A stretch of 64,000 nucleotides of DNA. Source: Glaucostegus cemiculus (taxonomy: Eukaryota). Positions 22,946 through 33,750 of the stretch are shown one piece after another. The notes below the pieces were generated by a model. That model searched no databases. It saw nothing but the letters and a program-made list of their open reading frames with translations, and was not told the origin of the DNA. Made by a program: the position numbers and the translations under genes. Numbering within the stretch: position 1 is the stretch's first letter; each line of letters begins with the position of its first letter. The stretch lies in contig CDPCPM010000104.1 in NCBI GenBank assembly GCA_976551045.1, positions 6,944,001 through 7,008,000 of the forward strand, in the 5' to 3' direction.

Positions 22946-24752
22946 TACCAATAATATTATAGCAGGATACCAAAGTTTGAAGCCTATAGTGGGCAAGGTA
23001 CATTATGCACAAAAAATATTATAACTGAACTTTTAAGGATGGTAAAAAAAAGAATTATAATACACTTTCTCATTTTCATTTTGTGGTGTCCACAGAATTA
23101 TTTTCAATAAGATGTCGATCTGGTGTCAGCCACCTGGTGATTACACTCAGTAAAGGTTTGTAATAACCAAGGTTGGTTTTTCTATCGATTCTCCCATCAT
23201 TATATAAAAAAAACACCCCTTTCTCCAGATGATCAGCGATGCTGACTTCAAATGATTTTATGACTAGTCTGAAGCACAGGCGAGGCATTCTGATCCTGTA
23301 CTGGTAACTGTTCCTATGTGGAGAGAGGTGTGGAGGAGGATGCCTTCTCCTTTGCAATATGTGAAAGAAAATATGGACATACTTGTTCTTAGGTTTTACA
23401 TATCATAATTTAACTGTGCTCCATAATCATAAGAGAAAAAAGTTTCCATATATGTACTCTTGCCTTGAGACATAACTTACCGCCAAGTTTAATGCATTAG
23501 ACATTTTTACTTTTACTTGTCTTCTATAAAAGGTTCTTTATTTTTCACTCCTAGCTTTTCCAAGCATATTAAATTCCAAACACAAAATCCAATTCAAGCA
23601 TAATTATAAACCAGAGTAAAATTTCAATGCCATTTCTATTTCCTACCATGTACTTAAGTACCTGTTCCATACCTAACAGTTGAACAGAAATTTCTGATCC
23701 AAGAATAAAATGTTTCCTAATTCCTTTGATACTCAAATCAATTCAAACATCCTCTACCAACTTTCATGGTTGGTCATGTTTCATAGAAATAGAAAATTGT
23801 TATGATATAATTTTCTCTGTTGTTTTGTTAAGTTTAATTGCTGAATAAAAATTATTTTAAATGTTTTGGATTGCTTTTGTTGTGACAGTTGTTGTTTGAT
23901 GCTTGTAAGTAGCCTGGGGCAAGGCTTTGCTAACAGATGATTGGTCATTCCAAACTTTAAGCTAACTCTTTCCTGAGAGAATGGATCAAGGTTTATTATG
24001 TGAGTAGATCCATTCTGAATGAATAACACCTTTCTGTCCACTCTCTGATCACGATGTTCAGAGAAAATTTTCAGAAAGGAAAAGTTTGCAACTGTTATTC
24101 AATGAACAACTCCTTGAGGTATTCAAGGTTGGAAAATATTGAATCAACCTGTGGTATTTCCTCCTTCCTCGAGGCTGGCATCCTGTCCTTCTCACCACTC
24201 TCAGAGAACCCAGCTGAGAATGGGTCTCCTAGAGCTTTGTTCATATTGCAGCTGAGATTTAGCCCTGAGTCTAGTTAAAAGTGGCAATCAGCAGCAGGGA
24301 GAAAATTGATGACCAAAAGATTGGCAGCCCCATCCACTAACCAACCCTACCACAGATCATAGTCATATTGCCCAGAGCTCTTTTTCATGCTCTAACTTTG
24401 TCTCCAAGGACAAACCAGCCAAGAGTAACACCACAGTTAACAAGAATTAGTCAGATTTCATGAGAAATCGGAATGACCTGGAGACCCACAGAGATGCATG
24501 TGAAGAACTAGGGTGGGTTGGTAAGGTTGTCATGAAGGAATGGAAATGAAAGCTTTGCAATGAGAATCCCAGAGTATCCATATGGGAGCAGGAGGTAGCT
24601 TTCAAGGAAACATTAATAAGCTAAGTGCACTTGCGTACTTGAACCCCCTGCCTCCTGCTTCCCCCTCCCCCCTCCCCCCATGCACTTTGATCCTGTTTGC
24701 TGCCAGATTTCATTGGTAGGTTTGAGCTTTCATTGGACCTGCAGTTAAAATT

Positions 24753-25003
24753 GGGCGGCATGATAGCATAGCAGTTAGCGTGACGCTGTTACAGCACCAG
24801 CGATAGGGGTTCGATTCCCGTCGCTGTCTGTAAGGAGCTTGTACGTTCTCCCATGTCTGCGTGGGTTTCCTCCAGGTGATCCGGTTTCCTCCCACATTTT
24901 AAAAGACATACGGGTAAGTTAATTTGGGGGTTTAAAATGGGCGGCGAAGACTCATTGGGCCGTAAGAGCCTGTTACCACACTGTAAATAATTTTTTTAAA
25001 AAT
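24753..25003 (+). mobile_element. V-SINE (HE1-like)
   Basis: Same head, box B GGTTCGATTCC, V-domain and tail as 7135-7388, with more CpG decay. Confidence 0.9.
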
Positions 25004-25159
25004 TTAGTATATGATTTTGCCATTTTCATTAAGACTTCATAATTCTGAGATGGGTATCTATATCATTAGGTCTCTTACCAGATTTAAGGCTAATTCAATT
25101 TGTATAACATGGAAATGAGCAGGAGTGTGTCATGAAGTAACATCCCACTACACATACAT

Positions 25160-25880
25160 ATGAATGTATGAGCTAGGAGAAGGAATAGGCCAGTCATTTC
25201 TTTACACCTGTGCTAACATTTAATAACACCATTGCAGATCTGATTGCATTCCATATTCCCATCTACCAAAGGTAACCTTTCACACACTTCCTTATCAAGT
25301 ATCTAAATAGCTCTGACTTAAATAGATTCAGATGCTTAGTCCCACCACTCTTTGAGGAAAAGAGTTCAATGACTCATGATCCTCTGAGATAAATTATTTC
25401 ATTTAATCTCATCTCCATCTTAAATGGCTGACCTCTTATTTTACCCTAGTGACCCCTAGTTTGAGGTATTCCCACAAGAGAAAGCATCTTCTCCCCATCC
25501 ACTCGATCAAGAACCCCCAGGATATATATCAAGTCCCAATCAAGTCAAGTCCCCACTCACTCTTTTGAACTTCACCAGTTATAAGCCTGGCTGGTCCAAC
25601 CTTTACTCATAAGACGACTTGTCCATTCAAAGTATCAGGCTATTGACACTTCTGTGTTTTGCTCTTAATGCATTAACATCCTTCCTTAGAAAGGGAGACC
25701 AACACTATGCACAGAACTCCAGATGTGGTTTCACAAAAGACCTATATAACCAAAGGATAAACTTCTGTATTTAATTTTTCTCACAATAAACAAAACATTT
25801 TATTAGCTTTCCTGATTACTTGCACTACTAATCACTAGTCTTTGCTAAATCATTTGTACCAAGGCATCTAGGTCCCTATA
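25160..25880 (-). mobile_element. Old CR1 LINE 3' fragment; last recognisable TE in the window
   Basis: GGAGACCAACACTATGCACAGAACTCCAGATGTGG (reverse complement PHLEFCA*CWSP), CCCACAAGAGAAAGCATCTT..CATCCAC (VD..KMLSLVG), tail GGAGAAGGAATAGGCC. Confidence 0.75.
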
Positions 25881-28800
25881 TATAAAACAGAAACCACCCC
25901 AAATCATAGTATTCTCATTAAGTAGATTGATTAATATCTAAATAGAATTCTCTCCTAATAGCCTTAGAGTTTAGATAAAGGAGAAAGGGCATTCCTTTTC
26001 TATAGATTTTTACACTGAGGTAGCATAAATATAATAAATGGCATGAAATTACATGGATTATTTGGGCACCATGTATGTTGCCACAGTAGAATTATAATGC
26101 CAAAGCAAATCCAGAGAAGTGTCATTCTGCTCTGGAGTCACATTGATTCGAGACTGACAAGGCAACTTCACAACAATTGCAGAAGTCATTTTGCAGTAAA
26201 ACAAATTTGCATCCTTAAATTCTGTTTCGATTAAATTCATATCTTTGGAACACAGTGACTACTGTCAAAAAGGATGGAGAAACTCTCCATATCATCAGAA
26301 AAAAGAGCTAAATTTTCCATTTTAGATGTCATTTTAATGCCAGTGATTTGTACTTTGAATTAAGTGGGTTTCCATTGCCATTACAATAAGATTGATCAAA
26401 ATAAAATGTAGGCTGCTATATTTTGTTGTATATGCATTGCTTTACAATTGAGAATGTAATATTGGAGCTAATCTTTAGGAGTGTGATAATGGTGAACTTA
26501 TATCAATAAATATACCAGAACCATTAATCTCTGTGTAATTTAGTTATAATGTCATTTGAACAATGATTTCAGCATCTGCATTTTATAAATGCAACTTCTT
26601 AAAGCAAGTTTATCAAAATTAAATTTATTGATAGCTCTGTTAGAATAAAAAACAAGGTCACTTCATGGCTCCAAAGAAGGAATTATATCTTATCACCAAA
26701 TGTAAGTGCCATTGCCAAATAGTTAGATTTCAAATAGGCATTGAAAGGTGTAATTTGAAAACCAGTGTCAATCCATGTAAAGCATCACAAAATAATTCTA
26801 ACAAATATTATTCATGTGTGGCTTTGCTGAGAAACCATTTTTACTCTAAATTCAAAAGGGTGTTTTTTTAACTCAAAAGTAGGAAAAACATATAAAGGAG
26901 TTGACAGATGGATCAGTTGCTGATATTTAGACAAACATAGATTTCCTTCTTCTTGTGCAGGGGTAAAGGGCATTATCTGATATCAGAAAAAAATCAGGGG
27001 ATAGGATCATGGGACCCAAAGGCGTTCTATCTACTTCTCCATTAATGTTTGTAAAATCAAGCAGAGTCCCTAGGAGTATGCTATTCCCCCAGTGGATATG
27101 CTCTGTGTATCCAGGTGATTGAATAAGTGTCAGTTCATGAAAAGGAAAAGTCTATCCTTAATTCTTCATCTTGGAGAATGTGGCAGAAAGTGGTGTACCT
27201 ATTTTTCTTGACTTATTTTGTATTTGTGCCACAGAATCAAGATGGAATAACGATCCTGGGTTCTGGGTCCCCTTTGGTGTTCCACAAACAAGCCATGTTT
27301 GAACTTAGACCGTGAGCACAAGGATGCACCATGACAGTGCTAGCAAAAGTGAAAGAGTAGTCTTCCCTACAGAGCCTCCAAGTGCAAACAACAGAATGTG
27401 TTGTAAAGTTATCGGGGTTCAATCTTGCTTATTTTTTTCCCACCCTTGTTGTGACACATTGACATTAATTGTAGGATTGCTAGTTGCTCTGGCTGCATGA
27501 TGGATTTGAGAAGATTTCAGTACAGATAAAGAATCAACAGTGGGGCTGTTTGCCTATCTGTTCAGTTCTATTTAATTAATGATTCTGGAATACTCATCCA
27601 ATACACTGCAGCGTCACCCAAGACATGTTTTTACTATTATAATCTACTCATGGATTCAGCTGTAAAACTGAAAGGAACTATTGGAGATCATGGTATACCA
27701 ACACTAAGTAGCATTCAGATCTTCACAAACCAGTAAACTATAAAACATGAACCAATTATAATTGTTATTTGTAATTACTCATTGAAAAGAATGTCACTTT
27801 ATTTATATATATTGAGCACCTTCACCTCGTCCACATTATTATATACTTAAATTTAGTTGTGCTAAATTGCTTTGTTGCTTGAACATGTGTAGCATCAGAT
27901 GGAACTCTTTTGGTTGTTTAATATTAGGTTGGATGCCGCTGAGATAATTTCTAAACAATACATTAATGTTATTCTTTACAATTACATTCTTAATAATTAA
28001 TTACTCACAAGATATTGAACAACTGTGGCAAAGCAAATTACTAAATGCACTCAATCAAATGAAAGATTTGATTGGCTGCATCAATGACTTTGAAACCATA
28101 TTAAAAATCTCTATGCTAAAAATTACTGCAATCTACAAAAGGAATTAATGAATTTTCTGTCATGTTTGCTAAAGGAACCAAAGCCCTTCAATGGATGGAA
28201 ATTCTTCATGATGTCTCCTGCTTTATGCCATCTCTTGCCACCTCATAATTAGTAGATTATGATTGTTTTATGGATATGAATTTTTCTAATGCATGCAAAG
28301 CGGTGTTTGAGATTTTTATATCACAATTCAAGTGGGTGGGAAAATTATTATTTCAGCCATCTTTCCAAGCAATATTTGTTGAAGAAAGGGAATAATGTTC
28401 AAATGGCCCAGTAAAATTCACTGTTTTTGATTGGCCACTGAGTATATCAGTCCCTGCTATAATCTATGTATGTTGTTTACATTTTGACAGCAATATTGGT
28501 TGAAAGAACACTCCCCACCGTTCACTCTAGTTACTTACTAACAACTAGATTATGTAATTATTACTCCTGAAAAGGTTATCCAATATAATTAAGATGCTAA
28601 TCATTCACATTTTCCCATTTTTTTCATCTTTCTTTCTATTTAATATAAAATTGGTATTTTTATGGTGATACATGTTGTTCCACCTAGACAAAATTCACCT
28701 CCACTTTAAGGAAACAAGACAAATAATGGCATTTTCTAATAATTTAATGATCATTCTCCAAGCATTATAGCAGCAGCATTTTAAATTGGCTTCTGCTTTT

Positions 28801-31778
28801 TTTTATATAGGAAACAAATTATTACTGCATTTAAGTGTATGTTACACTTAATCCTTTGCAGAAAAATAAACAGACACAAATTATTAGTAGGTTGACATTT
28901 ATGGCATCATTATTATTTCATGCTGTCTAACTTATTTCTAGATTGACAAGGATGGATATAAAATATATAGAATAAATATCCATGAGCGAATGCAAGACAA
29001 TGATGTCATTACTAAATACAGCAGCATAAAGTTTGGGAAGAGTATTTGAATTAATTATAAGAAAAGAAACAGTCAGGCAGAATAAGTTAATTTTTTGAAA
29101 TGTTCAACGATGTTTTTCCGGAATAGTCCGGGTGTTGCGAGAGGAATTTGACTTTGATTATGATTTATTCTTAATCCAGCAAGAATGTTGCGACAGATAA
29201 AACGGAACGGGTTAATCGATGTTATTGAAACCTGGTGATATTATTTATTCTATTGGTAACGTCAGCTAACCAGTGAAGATTTATGGAGTAATGGAAGGTT
29301 GATTACTATGAAGCAACATATTTAAACACATTACAAACTGCAAATACCCAGTCAAACGTCTACACAATCAATTCTACCGAAGTATTACAAATGTTCTCCT
29401 ATTTATATTCTGGAGTATAAATTCTTCCGTGAAATAACTTTCTCATGGATGCTAAATTGTAACATACAAAAATGCTTTCAAAGCAACTGCACTTTTTTTT
29501 AAATTTCTCAAAGATTGTCGAGACTTTTCACATTCCAGGAGCACGTTGGGGAGTAAGATAAAGGGCAAATAGTGTGCACTGTTCGCTGCATTCACCAGAA
29601 CAGAAAAGAGTTCCCCCAGCCAAATGTTTTCAAGGTATACATTACCTTATGGTCAATAACTTTGAATTTAATTGTCAATACGAAAAGTAATTAGAAACGG
29701 TGAACCATAGTTTACACGCCCGAAAGAAGGTTTTGCATTTTGCGACATTCTTCACATACCTCTCCTTTTATATCTGGACCTTGTTTTCCATTCATTTGCT
29801 GCAGGGCACACACCAAAGACCGTGCTAAAAAAATACAAAAAAAAGTATTCCAACGCTGTAACTCAATTCAACCCACTTTTATTTTAAGAATTATTATGCC
29901 ACAAAAGTATTCAAACCCACACTTTCCATTGAAAATTGAATAGGTGAGGAACGTTTTGTTGCTAAAGGCGAACGTTTGCACAGTTCTCTTGACAACGGCA
30001 AAAATTCAAAAGTCTTTCTAGCTTTTTGTTGCTGCCCATATACTTCACAAATCAATTGAATATGACTGAGTGCCAATCACCATGGGTTTATTACCCATTC
30101 TAAGCAGCACAATAGGACCATACTCAGAGAAAACGGAAGTTTTCTACATCTTGGACGCTGAAGAATGGCTTCAGTGGGCCAAAGATGGTCAGAATTTCGG
30201 GGATGGAATGGAAATCGACACCTTATTACTCAAATTTTCATGAGTACAAACAAAATAAAACGGCCAGCAAAGGTATTCAAAATGATTATTACATTCATGT
30301 AACTAATTATAACACTAAAATTTTAAAATCAACCCCCCCCCCAAGCTTCTACTTTGATCCCAACTCAATGTGAAGAGGGGATGTTTAACTAAAACTTTTT
30401 AAATTATTGTGAGACCAATTTAAATTAGGCTTATCATCTAATATTATTTAGATTTGTTTAGACTCCAAATCTTACAAAGAAACATTCGTATTTTGAGGCA
30501 ACTGTTTAGCTTCAGTTACGAGTGTATGCATTAGGCATCAGCTTTAATTTCTTTCTGGAATGTCTAAGCTCTACACGTTCTACAATCCGTTTTAATGTTA
30601 CTGGCAACTTTCTCTTCGTTTTCTTTCGCTTCTCCTTTTCTTTCATCGAATCTTTAAAAAGGCTAGAAAACCGAGGCCCCCTGGTTACAACTGAACAAAA
30701 GCTGCTTTTCTTCACTTTTTTTTTAAACAATCCGACTTTTGGACGCTGTATTCGTTTTATTTTATTCCTAGCTGATAAGTTATATATTAAGGTTCTGAAC
30801 GCTACACAGGAAAATCGCACTCTTTTCTGGTTTGAAATACTGAGTCCGTTTGTGTTTCTACTCACTTTTTTTGTGCATACTTGTGTCTTAAACAATCCAT
30901 CAGACAACAGCTGGGTTGCCGTGTGGTCTTTGCTTATCATTGTCCACTTGTTTTTGTCTCTTTTTAACTAGCTTTTCATTCCTTTTTACTTCATGTTTAC
31001 CATTTATTCAATTTGAGTCAACTCCAGCAGCACAAGTGTTTTTGAAGAGCTGCAATTCAAAGCGTCCCGTGTAACCTTTCAAAGTCATTTAAGCTTCCCT
31101 TAATTTTTCTGTCACCTAAATAAGCCATCAAGGCTTTTAAAAGCTCATGATCCTTGATTGAAATTGGTGTGGGTCCATGCTTGTTTTTTGTGTCATGATA
31201 CTGCTACCAACTTTCACAGAGACAACTTGGGACAAAAAGAACCACTGTTTAACAAGATAATTCTTGCCTCCCCTTTTACTTCTGTCTTTTACTTCCTTTC
31301 CTATTGTCCAAGCCCTCCTTTCTTTTGGGGCTTTTATCAACGTGATTCTTTTCTCACCCTTTTTTTTGCTCAAAATCTATTCTGAGGCAGGCCATGCTTT
31401 TGTGATTGTCAGAAAATGTCTGGAGTGTCATCCCTCCAAAAGGAATGGGGGAAAGGGAGGATTCTGGACCGCAATGTTGCCCATGCATGCAGAACATCCC
31501 AATCTGTTTTTGTGCATTCAGTTGGTAAGGTTCAGCAGGGATCTTCCACTTGGTCTAGTTCAGGACAATGGGAGGCTGGCCAGCTGCACAGGCACCACAA
31601 AGGGTTCAGACTTCTGTGAACCGTGTTTACTTAGGGCTCTCTTTCTGACCTGCAAGTAACACTTGTTTCTTATACATACATTTATCCAATATCGTTAAAA
31701 TAAGATATAGTATCCCTTGTCGGACTATCTGATCTGAACCAGAAATATACCATAAACTGTGTTTACAATGGCAACAAC

Positions 31779-31926
31779 NNNNNNNNNNNNNNNNNNNNNN
31801 NNNNNNNNNNNNNNNNNNNNNNNNNNNNNNNNNNNNNNNNNNNNNNNNNNNNNNNNNNNNNNNNNNNNNNNNNNNNNNNNNNNNNNNNNNNNNNNNNNNN
31901 NNNNNNNNNNNNNNNNNNNNNNNNNN
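31779..31926. other. N run (gap or masked simple repeat)
   Basis: 148 N; right flank CTATCTAT suggests a (CTAT)n repeat. Confidence 0.95.
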
Positions 31927-33549
31927 CTATCTATCTTATATACTGCATTCTATCGACCTATTTATCTAGCTATCTATCTTTTATAAATATATTGAAGCAT
32001 TATCTTATGTCTATATACATAGCTTCTTTGGAAGCTTTCAGTGTTTATTGATCTAAGCGCTAAGCAAAAAACAGAGATATTCAGAAAGCAAATTATAAAC
32101 CATCATGTAAAGAACAGAAATGTGTATTTATGAATCTTTTTAAAAAGAATAAGTACCTATATCTGTACAGATTTGATTTTAAATTAATATCCTTACTGTT
32201 TTATCATTTGTCTCTCCTTGCCGAGCAAAGATGTTCTACGCCATTAAATCGATGATGACATTATTTACAGTGCATTTTACTGTCCATTTTGAAATATTAT
32301 TCGAGTATTTTATCGTCCTTTTGAATGTTATGAAACCTATCATTAGTTGATTTTTTGCCAAAGCTTTAAGTGTGGATGATACCACACAGACTGGAGTCAC
32401 TTTTGGTATTTCTCCGTGCACTTTGAACAATTTTATTTGATAATTGGTTCTTATTTGTTTTCCTCAATCCTTCAGAACTTTTATATTGCGGACATCTTCC
32501 TGCCTTCAAGTTGTTGAAAACCTGAACTTAGCCGAACAATATGCATTAGTCTTTCTTTTTATTTCAGGATTGTTAATAGTCTAAAACGTTTCCTATATCA
32601 TATGAACTTAATTCAGATTGTACTAGAATGTTAAAAAAAATCTACTCATTGATCATGGTGTTCCATATATACCAGCTTCTCATAATATACTGCAATTCTT
32701 TTTCATTCATTTTCATAACATTTTAAAATGCATTTTACGTGGTCACTGGGAGAAGATATCAGCATTGGCCCATACTTTGGTTTGGTTTGGTCTTTGATTT
32801 TTGTAAAGATGCAGCTTTCATTAATAAATGTTAAATGTAGATACCGCAAGATGTCCTACCAAGTGTTTACCCTGTATGCTCTTGTGATTTTTTTTACGAC
32901 TGATAGGGATAAGAATGTTACTTACTCTTTTAAGTTACAGTTCAGTGTATATATATTCTCTAATTGTAGTGGTATCTGGGAATGTGTCGTTGTGTTTGTT
33001 TTCCCCCCTCTTTGTCATTAATATGCATTTGCAGAACAAAGTAGTAATAATGCACGGGCTCTAACACTGTTATTTGAATGTCATGCATGCACATTGGCCA
33101 GACTGATGCGATGTTTATGCCTTCATCAGCACCTGCTGAAGTGTTGGTTTTGACTGATTTGGGGGGGTGAAGTTTCGACAGCACTTCCCTTGAAATTGGG
33201 ATTCAGACTTGAAATGAAGCCAAGCACTTTGGAGTCCACCTCGTACATCTTTGATTCAGAGCCGCATCTAACTCCCAGGAGCGTTCGCTTTGATCTCTTT
33301 GATTTTTCACCAGATCTGTTATGCAGTAAATTCCTAGGTTTTCCATAGAAACATCTTCTTTCCTTTTGCGATATTGATGTTTTCTTCTTCGTAGGGGTTA
33401 TGATATGGTGAATCAGATTTAGAAAAGCTCGGACAATGCCGGTATTCATGGTCTGCGTTTTTTGTAACCCCCGAAATGAATCAAAATACTGTTTATTCTG
33501 TTGCTCTTTACTCTAGTCAGTTCAGCTGCCTTTCAACATTTTAAACTCT

Positions 33550-33750
33550 TTGTAACACCAGCAGGTTGCGTTGCCATGACAATCTACTGTATGGTGAGCC
33601 CGAAAGACAATGACTTTCAAGAGCTTGAAAAGTGAGTTTTCGCTTTCCACGCAGCCACTTCCGATGGAGGAAGGCTTCTCTCGCGGCTTCTCTGAGAGAT
33701 CGTCAGCTTGTCATTCTAACAATGTACATCTTCGGGTCGCCAACTTTTTT
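33550..33750 (-). promoter_or_regulatory. Promoter-like motif cluster (RFX X-box, ETS, TCTCGCG)
   Basis: GTTGCCATGACAAT at 33570-33583 (12/14 match to GTTGCCATGGCAAC), CACTTCCG at 33656-33663, TCTCGCG near 33678-33685; locally CpG-rich. Confidence 0.45.

Noticed and set aside
30522-30971. 149-aa Phe/Leu-rich plus-strand ORF as a membrane protein
   Set aside because: It is the antisense shadow of an A-rich minus strand, has a non-ATG start and no recognisable domain.
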